NCBI RefSeq assembly: GCF_013365495.1 | Contig: NZ_CP046580.1 | Coordinates: 30,001-62,000, forward strand | Length of the DNA: 32,000 bases | DNA from: Candidatus Saccharimonadota bacterium | GTDB taxonomy: Bacteria; Pseudomonadota; Alphaproteobacteria; Rickettsiales; Anaplasmataceae | Direction: 5' to 3' | In this document: piece after piece, positions 20,295 through 28,196 of the stretch | Layout: each line of letters starts with the position of its first letter | How positions within the stretch are numbered: position 1 is the stretch's first letter | Translations under genes and position numbers: made by a program | The notes under the pieces: generated by a model | What the model was told of the DNA's origin: nothing | The model's input: only the letters and a program-made list of their open reading frames with translations | Databases searched by the model: none

Positions 20295-20674
20295 TAGCTT
20301 TACTTGTATTATAAATGATAAATAATATTGAAATTAATTTTTCAATTCATTTATTGATTATTTAATAATAATTAACTACGTTAAATACGCTTTTTTAACT
20401 TTGATTTATAGTAATAATGTATACTTAGTTAAGAACTAATAAAAAACAAGCTTTAGTCTATAGAGTCAAATATGATTGAGTCAATAAATTTTTTTATCCT
20501 TTGTTAGCTTTGACTAAATTTTCTCTCTTAAATAAATTTAAGCTTTCTTAAATTTTATTTACTAGCTTGAGCTTTTCAGTTTTTTTACTTTATTAAATAG
20601 TCATTAGTATAGGTTTTACATTATTTAAAGATAATAAATTAAAAAAATAAGATGTCAGTATAGAATAAATAATC

Positions 20675-20894
20675 AGAGAAAGCTTTTTATCTTTGAAAAA
20701 TAGAGTGAGTGATGTGAGAAGGTAAGAAGAGTTTAATTGATAGTGCTTTTTATAAATTTGTGTAATAAAAATCTTTATTTATAGTAATGATTTTTGTTAA
20801 TAAATCACAAAAGAAAATTAGTGTTTTTGAAATAGGTCTAAAAATATAGAAGAAGCAATATTAGAGTAGAGCTTTTTATGTAGAGTAAGTGTTG
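20675..20894. repeat. decayed direct repeats (AGCTTTTTAT ... TAGAGT[G/A]AGTG), copies 189 nt apart plus a third partial copy
   Basis: The two copies are 20681-20714 (agctttttat ctttgaaaaa tagagtgagtgatg) and 20870-20894 (agctttttat g tagagtaagtgttg). They share 22 of 24 aligned positions plus one 9-10 nt indel. GCTTTTTAT also occurs at 20745-20753, and the flanks tatagaataaataatcagagaa and tatagaagaagcaatattagagta are loosely similar. TAGAGTGAGT also occurs at 18291-18300. Confidence 0.45.
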
Positions 20895-21889
20895 AAGAAA
20901 TAAAAAAAAAGTAGGTATTTAGATATTTCTTGTGAAAAAAAAAGTTCAGCTTGTATTGAAGAAAGTAATATTAAAATTTTGTAAAGAGATTAAGACACTT
21001 AAAAAAAAATTAAGTAATAGATCTAATAGAGAACAATTTACTTTTTTGAAAAAGCAAAGATCAAATAAAGTGTATTAGGTAAAATTGAGTGAGATAAATA
21101 TATTTGGTAACCAAGATGCTTATATTGTAGATAATACTGAGTTGAGTATGTGTATTTATATATACATTTGGCTATTAATATTATTATTAATAATAATGTT
21201 ATTTGTGAGTTATATTTATTGAAATATAGTAAAGATGATTATTACATGCTATAGATTATTTTTAATGATGAGTTGTTTTTTTATGAAGAATATAATTCTT
21301 CAGCATTTTAATTTGATGAAAGTATAAAATATTATAGTAAGCTTAAACTTATACTATTAGCTATATTGGGGATAAAAAATATTGTTCGTTTTGAAACTAA
21401 AAACAATTTTCATTAATGAATAGTATATGGTAGAGGAAGAAATTTGTGAAGCTATGTAAGTATAAACTTTAATTTTTTAGAAGATAATTTTTAATCTTTG
21501 TGAAGGTTTGTAACTATATTATTAGTAGTCATTTTTTAAAAGAGATTAATGGTTTTGTTAAGAAGGAATATTAATATTATACCTTGGGAAAGGTGTTACA
21601 CAGCTTTTTTTGATACTAAGGCATATTTTCTTGAAAGGAATATATTTTTGTGTTAGGAATTATAAAAAAAGAAGACAGAGATCAATAAACTGTAGAATAA
21701 AGTAGGTTAAACATATAAAAGTGTAATTTTAATGTTTTATAAGGACTTGATGATAAAAGCTCTCAAACCTCAACATGCCTTGATATCCCCTTTTGGAAAT
21801 AGGTTTCTTTTGTTTTTTCTCAATTTTAAAAAATTACATCTTGTCAGGGTGAATATTTGTTAATAAAAGTTATTATAAATAAAGCAGTA

Positions 21890-21919
21890 TACAAAAGATT
21901 AGGATTTTAATCTTTTGTA
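21890..21919. repeat. perfect 12-bp inverted repeat with a 6-nt loop
   Basis: tacaaaagatta-ggattt-taatcttttgta. The arms are 21890-21901 and 21908-21919, with only 2 G-C pairs. Confidence 0.6.
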
Positions 21920-22010
21920 ATGAATAAATAGATTTATGTATAGTTTGTTTTTTTAATAGTGTCCTATAATATTAAAAATTTTTTGATGGTATTAAGAATA
22001 GTACTACTAT

Positions 22011-22114
22011 TTTACTAAAGTACTAAATTCATATAATGAAATTTATAGCAGAAATTATGGGTAAATAGTTTCTACTTTACTAAAGTAGTAAAATTAATAT
22101 GATAAAAATTTATA
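22011..22114. repeat. two-copy decayed tandem duplication, period 65 nt
   Basis: The copies are 22011-22047 (tttactaaagtactaaattcatataatgaaatttata) and 22076-22114 (tttactaaagtagtaaaattaatatgataaaaatttata). My hand alignment gives 33 identical of 39 columns (4 mismatches, 2 single-nt gaps). Confidence 0.65.
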
Positions 22115-22338
22115 TTATTATATTATCTTAATGTATAGTGAATTCATAACGGGTATAATAAGGGGTGATATTTTTTTAAGTACACTAGGTGATGTTGTTT
22201 AATTTACAAAAAAAAATTATTGAGATTGAAACTCATAGTAACATAGTGCTTTTGTGCTTCTAGGTTGCAAAATGCCTTATTCACTAAAAACTCTATATTA
22301 TTGAATAAGTAGCTCATGGGTATAGAAAACTAGGGGAG

Positions 22339-22410
22339 AGGCCGGGACCGGAATTGAACCGGTATAAAAGGATTTGCAATCCTCCGCATAAGCCATTCTG
22401 CCACCCAGCC
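22339..22410 (-). tRNA. tRNA-Cys (anticodon GCA)
   Basis: The reverse complement reads GGCTGGGTGGCAGAATGGCTTATGCGGAGGATTGCAAATCCTTTTATACCGGTTCAATTCCGGTCCCGGCCT. The acceptor is GGCTGGG/CCCGGCC and the anticodon stem GAGGA/TCCTT with loop TTGCAAA (GCA). The T arm is ACCGG-TTCAATT-CCGGT and the discriminator U is as expected for tRNA-Cys. It is 72 nt and CCA is not encoded. Confidence 0.9.
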
Positions 22411-22417
22411 TGTTTTT

Positions 22418-23317
22418 TTATTTGTAGATATCTATTATTTCTTTTAGCATAGATAAAGCTTCTTCTCTGTTTCTTTGAAAAGCATTACGCCCAATGATTG
22501 AGCCATCACCGCCACCTTGCTTAATTGCTTTTGCTTCGTTGCGTATATCATTTACTGATTTTGATTCACCTCCAGAAAAGATTACTATTCTTCTTCCTGC
22601 AAAACAAGATTTTTTAATGTATTCAATTCTTTTAGATAAGGACTTAATATTTTCGGTTTTTATTTTTTCTTTTTCTAAGTGAATAGTTGGAAGTTTTACT
22701 TTTATTATATTGGCACCAAGTAAAGCTGCCATGTGTGCGGCATAAGAGATAATATCAACTGCTGTTTCACCTTCTTTAGAAATTCCTTCACCGCGTGGAT
22801 AAGACCATAGTACTGCTGCAAGTCCATAAGATTTAGCTTCGGTTATGATTTCACAGGCTTCTTCTATCATATCAAGGCATTTAGCAGAACCAGGGTATAT
22901 GGTAAACCCAATAGCTGTGCAGCCTAAGTGTAATGCATCTTTCACAGAAGCGGTGATTGCCTGATCAAAGGCTAGATTTTTAGAATGCAAAGAGTTGGAA
23001 CTATTAAGTTTTAAGATTAGTGGTAACATCCCAGCGTAAGTTGAAACTCCAGCTTCAATCATGCCACGTGGAGCAGCATATGCACTTATTCCTGAATCGA
23101 CTGCAAGTTGAAAATGATAATGTGGGTTATAAGCGTCAGGGTTAATTTCGAAGCTTTTTATTGGTCCATGCTCAAATCCTTGATCTACGGGGAGAATTAA
23201 TAGTTTACCAGTTCCACCAAGTCTTCCATGCATGAGAATACGGACTAGGTTTGCTTTTACTCCAGGGTTTTCGCTTTCGTAGTAGCTTAAGATTTCTTTT
23301 ACTTTGTTCGTTAACAC
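22418..23317 (-). CDS. fbaB: class I fructose-bisphosphate aldolase (DhnA/FbaB type)
   Basis: 299-aa ORF with a GTG start (cac at 23315-23317). GRLGGTGKLLILPVDQGFEHGP, the Schiff-base lysine region GANIIKVKLP, and GGGDGSIIGRNAFQR match the DeoC/FbaB aldolase family. Confidence 0.85.
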   Translation of the reverse strand: MLTNKVKEILSYYESENPGVKANLVRILMHGRLGGTGKLLILPVDQGFEHGPIKSFEINPDAYNPHYHFQLAVDSGISAYAAPRGMIEAGVSTYAGMLPLILKLNSSNSLHSKNLAFDQAITASVKDALHLGCTAIGFTIYPGSAKCLDMIEEACEIITEAKSYGLAAVLWSYPRGEGISKEGETAVDIISYAAHMAALLGANIIKVKLPTIHLEKEKIKTENIKSLSKRIEYIKKSCFAGRRIVIFSGGESKSVNDIRNEAKAIKQGGGDGSIIGRNAFQRNREEALSMLKEIIDIYK

Positions 23318-24050
23318 TAACTTGAATTAGATTAAACTTTAAATTATAGCAAAGGTAAAACTTAGTACAAGAGTTTTAAACTATACAAAAACTTATTTTT
23401 TTGTTCATATCAATTCTTATTTTTTTTAGTGAATTGAAGATTTAGTTTTATTCAGTAAATAATTTTTTATTTTTTTAAGGTGTTTTTATCATTGTGTGCT
23501 TTCATTATTTTTTGGTGTAACTAATTTGTTAAGATAAAATTTTATTCCTTTTTCAGTAGTTTTTACTTTTGCTTAAATTGTGTTTTTTCAGCTTCTAAAC
23601 ATGAAGTTATCTATGATTTAAGTAAAAAAATAACCTCATTAAGATAATTGTGAGATCTGGACATTTTATTGCTTGATCTTGCTCTCAAAATTGGCTTTTG
23701 GGTTCCTTTCTTTAATGTGAAGGTTTTTCAGTATGTATCAAATGCAGATCCATAAAATGGTGTATATTATGGTTTTGTGATGGTATTTTAGTATCTTTGC
23801 TGTTTAAAATTTTTACTATTTTAAACTTGTAATGCTACTATTTCATCTATAGTAATAGTTAATTATTCTGTCAGATAATACTGATTATTGATATATTTAT
23901 TTATGTATAAATTTAGCTTATAGTCTTTATAAATGGTATACTTATGTGATATATATTCATGATGCTTTTCTTAAGTAATGTTTTATAGTATTTGATATTT
24001 TTATTATTTTAAATACAAGGATTTATTTTACTAATTTTTAAATTTTCTTA

Positions 24051-24083
24051 ATTAAAGATCTTAATATATTAAAGATCTTATAT
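24051..24083. repeat. two-copy tandem repeat of a 16-17 nt unit
   Basis: attaaagatcttaatat (24051-24067) is followed by attaaagatctta-tat (24068-24083). They share the exact 13-mer attaaagatctta. Confidence 0.7.
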
Positions 24084-24152
24084 TTTAAGTATTGTTTTTT
24101 ATATGTAGTTACTCTAGTATAAAGTAGGTTTAAATATATTATTACGGCATTA

Positions 24153-24179
24153 ATTTTTTAAATTAGTAATTTAAAAAAT
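24153..24179. repeat. perfect 27-bp palindrome ATTTTTTAAATTAGTAATTTAAAAAAT
   Basis: 13 complementary pairs surround the central G24166 (a53-t79 through a65-t67). The inner 16 nt (24159-24174) are identical to 11348-11363. Confidence 0.7.
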
Positions 24180-25246
24180 CTACTGAATAATAGTGTGTGT
24201 TCATAAGATAAAAAGATAACATTAAATTTTGCTTCGTTTTTTTATTAAAGTTTTTTTTTAATTCTTTTTTTAAAAATTTTTTTGTAGTGGTTCTTAAATA
24301 AGTAGCAGCTCTTAAATTTTCAGATAAATTATTCTGACTTGGCGTGTAAGGATAATACTTTAAATGTTTGATACCAAGAAGTCTCACATGAGATTTTTAC
24401 TAACTTTTACATTTCAATATGTAGTGGGTGTTTTTGTTTTAAATGAAAAATTTTGTGTGTAGTTTTATTTTAACTACGGTCGATATACTTTTTTTGCTCT
24501 TGCATTATTATTTAAGATTTTGTAATAATTTTTAAAAGTTTTTTATCTTTAATGATGGTCTATGTTTTAAATTTATCAAAATAAAAATATTATTTTTATG
24601 AGTTGTTTTTTTGATAAAAGTGTAGTGTTTACTATGATTATATGGTTGGTTTTACGTTAGGTATGTAGTAAAAAATCTTTAATATATTTGTTTTGTAATG
24701 AGTCTTTAAATATCAAGTTTTATTCGAATAAAATTTTTGCTAGGGATATTATTTTCTCATTTGTTTTTTCTTGAATACTATTAGTGTAATATTATTGTTT
24801 TGTTTATGCTAAAGTAGTAAGTGAAGCTTAATTTTATTGATGATCCTTTAAAAAAGTATTCATATAAAAGTATATTATATGATTGCTTATAGTTATTGAT
24901 TTTGGCATTTTACATTGATAAAAAGTTCTTTGTGTTAATACAGTAGTTTCATCAATTTTAATGTTTATTTTAATATAGAAAATTTATATAATATTGTTGG
25001 TTAACCTTAATCATGATGTCATTTATAATATTAAAAGTTGAAGTTGGGAAGTAATAATATTTTATTTAAATTTATCTCTAAGTTTTTTTAGAGTTTGTCT
25101 TTAAATATTTTTGAAATGAGAACTCTCTTAATTAAGAGATAGTACATTAGTGTGTAGAGAAATTGAACTTGGCTTGTATAGCTAAACTCTCACAATATAC
25201 TTACTTTTGTGGGTAATTTTTTGTTATAAAAGTTATTTATTGTTCT

Positions 25247-25870
25247 ATGATATATAAAATAGTAAATGCTATACATAATGATTTATTAGTGTGTTTTCCA
25301 ACGGAAACGATTTATGCCCTTGCTTGTAATGCATTAAATAGTAATGCTATAGAAAAAATATATCAAGTAAAGAAGCGTTCTCGGAGTAAACCATTATCTA
25401 TATTTGTTAACGATATTTATAACTTGACAAAAGTAGCAAAACTAGATAAGAAATATATTAGTTTGGTAAGTCACTTTTCTCCTGGGCCGATTACTTATAT
25501 TTTACCACTTAAGAATAATAACATATTACCAAATGAATTCTTTAAAGATAGTATAGGAGTAAGGATTCCTAGTCATCCTATTGCAATTTCAATATTAAAT
25601 AGATTAAAAACTCCAATAGTTGCAACTAGTATGAATATTTCAGGAGAACGAGGTGTGTATAAAGCTAGTGATATACCTGAATTGATAAAGCGGCATTTAT
25701 CAGCAGTGGCTGAAAATGATGAATTAGTTTCTGGTGTAGAATCTACTATTATTGATTTAACTCAAGATAAGATTAAGGTTATAAGGGAGGGTATAATTTC
25801 ACTTCAAATGGTTAGTAGTATTCTTTTGAATAGAGATTATAGAAAAGATGAAAGATGTAATAGGTCATGA
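25247..25870 (+). CDS. tsaC: L-threonylcarbamoyladenylate synthase (YrdC/TsaC family)
   Basis: 207-aa ORF with an ATG start. It shows the YrdC-domain pattern: FPTETIYALACNA, KKRSRSKPLSIFV, GPITYILP, IGVRIPSHPIA, PIVATSMNISGE and STIIDLT. Confidence 0.85.
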   Translation: MIYKIVNAIHNDLLVCFPTETIYALACNALNSNAIEKIYQVKKRSRSKPLSIFVNDIYNLTKVAKLDKKYISLVSHFSPGPITYILPLKNNNILPNEFFKDSIGVRIPSHPIAISILNRLKTPIVATSMNISGERGVYKASDIPELIKRHLSAVAENDELVSGVESTIIDLTQDKIKVIREGIISLQMVSSILLNRDYRKDERCNRS

Positions 25871-26684
25871 TCAAGCTAAAAAAAAATTGATGAATAACTT
25901 ATCTGTTCGTTCTTGGCTAATTTGTGGTAAAAGAGGTATAGGAAAGGCAACACTTGCAAAGTCTTTTTCTAATTGGTTCCTTATAGGAAATCATAATGGA
26001 GTAGCATTGGATTTACTTATTATTGATGGTGATGCAATAGGAGTAGAAAAGGTAAGAAAAATGAAAGATTTTTTGCACTTAAGTTCTATTCAATCAGAGT
26101 ATAAAATTGTTATAATAGATAGTTTAGAAGCGATGACAAGTAATGCTAGAAATGCAATATTAAAAATACTGGAAGAGCCACCAAAAAACTCTAAAATATT
26201 TGTAATTAGTCATAAGCCGTATGATATACAAACTACTATAAAGTGTAGGTGTTTTCAGCTAAATTTATTTCCATTGACTTATGATGAAACAAGGCGGATT
26301 GTTTTATCTCAATGTAAATTTGATGATCGAGTGTTTGATGAAATTATTACTTTATTTCCTGGAACACCAGGAATAATAATAAATTTAATAAATAATGATA
26401 CTTATGAAGTATGTAGGTGCTTTTATAAATTTCTTTCTAGTTTAAGTATTCCTGAAGGAATTATTGAATTGATTAATAGTAAGATTGAGTTGGAATTAGC
26501 GTCGTATATAATTCAAACCTTTATTTTAGAAAGAATAAAAAAAAGTGTTAATGATGTTGAAATTTTGTTAGCTCAGTGGAAGAAAATAGATAAACTTTTT
26601 GTTGCTGCTAAGCAACTGCACTTAGATAAAAAACATGTTTTGGTTAATGTAATTAATGTTATAGCATCAATTTATAAAATGTAG
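25848..26684 (+). CDS. holB: DNA polymerase III subunit delta-prime
   Basis: 278-aa ORF. Its ATG overlaps the tsaC 3' end by 23 nt. It has an AAA+ clamp-loader pattern: IGHDQAKKKL, GKRGIGKATLA, KIVIIDSLEAMTSNARNAILKILEEPP and TIKCRCFQ. Confidence 0.8.
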   Translation: MKDVIGHDQAKKKLMNNLSVRSWLICGKRGIGKATLAKSFSNWFLIGNHNGVALDLLIIDGDAIGVEKVRKMKDFLHLSSIQSEYKIVIIDSLEAMTSNARNAILKILEEPPKNSKIFVISHKPYDIQTTIKCRCFQLNLFPLTYDETRRIVLSQCKFDDRVFDEIITLFPGTPGIIINLINNDTYEVCRCFYKFLSSLSIPEGIIELINSKIELELASYIIQTFILERIKKSVNDVEILLAQWKKIDKLFVAAKQLHLDKKHVLVNVINVIASIYKM

Positions 26685-26805
26685 TACTGATTATATGATT
26701 CATTATTGATCTTGCTTGTTTCAATGTAACTATATAACTTGCTTAGATAAATTAATCATAATAGAAATTTATAAATTTTTAAAAGTATCTTAGGGATATG
26801 AGAGT

Positions 26806-26850
26806 TAGCCTAGTTTGAAGTATAGGCTATAATTTTAACATTTTTAACAT
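26806..26850 (+). terminator. candidate intrinsic terminator downstream of tsaC-holB
   Basis: The stem is TAGCCTA (26806-26812) / TAGGCTA (26823-26829), 7 bp with 3 G-C pairs and a 10-nt loop. It is followed by TAATTTTAACATTTTTAACAT, whose tail contains a 2 x 9 nt tandem ttttaacat at 26833-26850. It lies about 120 nt after the holB stop. Confidence 0.35.
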
Positions 26851-27484
26851 TAAAGAGTGACTTTAAAAGTGAAGTAATTAATAACATTTCTCTGGGTTAT
26901 TATTGAGTACTACTAAAATTAGTATAACTTATTTTGTTAAGATTTATAATAGTGATTTGTTGTGTAATTATTAGTTAAAGGTAAAAATTTCTCTGAAAAA
27001 TTTTTATTTCCTGAAGTGATTTTTTAAGTAATGTTGATTATTATCAATATTTTATGTTGCAAAAATAATAGATTTATAAATATATTAAAGGTGTAATTAT
27101 AATTTTTAATATTTTTATAAAAATAAACTTATAGATTTTAGCAATGCAAATAAAAATTCATTAATCTTAAGTTAGGAGATGTTTTTATTATATGCTAAGT
27201 TTTATTACAGTAATGCTATTAAACTTGTTATAAAGTTATGTAGTTAATGTATTTAAGTTAATCTTAAGATAGAAAATTATTGGACAAACAATAATTTTTG
27301 CTGATAAATTTGGTTTGTGATTAAAGTGAGTTATGTATCCTTGTATTAAGAGGCAGATATAGATTAAGGAAAATCGATGAATTCTGCTTTATTACTGAGA
27401 CAAGGTAAATAATTATTAATTTAAAAAATTAATATAGTTTTAGACTTTGAAATATGTTATTGGAGTAATTAAATATGGTTTTCT

Positions 27485-28152
27485 ATGGAAGATAAACTAC
27501 TTAAGTCGGTAATAAATAAAAGTTATTTTAGTAAAGCAGTTGAATGGTACTGTCATAGATATTTGTTTTGTATAGTAGAAAGGTCTTGGGTGATAGTTAT
27601 GATATCATTTCTTCTGGTATGCTTATGTTTGTTACTATTGAATATATACTTCTTATTTCCTGTAAAAAAAAAATAAATTTTATTAGATATGTAAATCATG
27701 CAGAAGATGAATTTTCTGTAATGCGTAAGTTAAACTCTAATGAAAAGAAAAATGAATATATTTCCATAGCTAGGTATTTAATAAGTAAGTATATTAAAAT
27801 ATATGAGTCTCATAATGTTATTGAACCAGAATACCAAAAAAATTTTATAAAAAATAATTCTACATATAGGATATATCGAGATTTTCAAGAAAAAGTGAAT
27901 AATGAAGCTATTGATTTACCTTTTTCTAAAAAAAAAATTACTGATATAAATATAACAAAATTGTTTATTGACAGATCAGTAAAAAGTTTAGTTTCCTTTT
28001 CAGGAAAGGCTGTTGTTATTTTTATAATTGAGCAGAATAAAGAAATAAAAAATCATACTGTTTATATTAATTTTACTTTGTCTAATATAAGAGCAGCTTT
28101 AGATGGTATAGTACCATTTAAATTTATTATTGATGGTTATAAATATAAGTGA
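27485..28152 (+). pseudogene. VirB8-like (N-terminal TM plus NTF2-like periplasmic domain) membrane protein gene, frame-shifted at an A10 tract
   Basis: ORF 27485-27676 (frame 2) ends ...FPVKKK-TAA just after A10 (27664-27673). The ORF in frame 1 continues from the same tract as KKKINFIRYVNH... to 28152. One additional A would fuse them into 222 codons. The pattern SYFSKAVEWYCHRY...ERSWVIVMISFLLVCLCLLLL..FLFPVKK, then ISIARYLISKYIKIYE, then ...VPFKFIIDGYKY parallels VirB8 (YY..A..W...R, R.AW-TM-P.K, L..YV..RE.Y, NPLGF.V..Y). Hand alignment only. Confidence 0.55.
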
Positions 28153-28163
28153 TATATTATTAT

Positions 28164-28196
28164 TCAACCTATTTTAAAAATAGGTTGAAATTTTTT
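28164..28196 (+). terminator. intrinsic terminator after the VirB8-like gene, overlapping the rnhB 3' end
   Basis: TCAACCTATTTT-A-AAAATAGGTTGA is a perfect 12+12 palindrome (28164-28188). It starts 11 nt after the TGA at 28150-28152 and is followed by AATTTTTTC (T6 at 28191-28196). The rnhB stop (28169-28171) and its last codons lie within the palindrome. Confidence 0.6.

Noticed and set aside
21268-21282. The 15-mer ATGAGTTGTTTTTTT is shared between 21268-21282 and 24598-24612, each preceded by attattttt and each opening a roughly 20-codon MSCFF... mini-ORF. A similar MSFCVF mini-ORF lies near 16944.
   Set aside because: My rough estimate is that about one shared 15-mer is expected by chance at this composition, and more when T runs are included. 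The mini-ORFs diverge immediately after the T run. This is not enough for a small-peptide family.
24163-24387. A 74-aa ORF on the minus strand is the only ORF of 60 aa or more in the four large spacers.
   Set aside because: Its translation is low-complexity Lys/Asn/Leu-rich sequence generated by A/T runs (KKFLKKELKKNFNKKTKQN). It has no SD-like sequence or recognisable domain, and its 3' end coincides with the 27-bp palindrome. It is most likely spurious.
25124-25139. Perfect 16-bp palindrome TCTCTTAATTAAGAGA 108 nt upstream of tsaC. Also the 14-bp palindrome TAATAGCGCTATTA at 16583-16596 and a 4+9 bp inverted repeat at 3500-3535 upstream of gatA.
   Set aside because: By a simple composition-based estimate, several palindromes or hairpins of this size are expected by chance in 32 kb of such AT-rich DNA. 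There is no second copy or other supporting signal.
27568-27672. The first 35 codons of track ORF 27568-28152 (MYSRKVLGDSYDIISSGMLMFVTIEYILLISCKKK).
   Set aside because: This part overlaps the 27485 ORF, which in its own frame has a clean TM helix and a VirB8-like N terminus. The overlap is better explained as out-of-frame read-through upstream of the A10 frameshift site than as a real N terminus.
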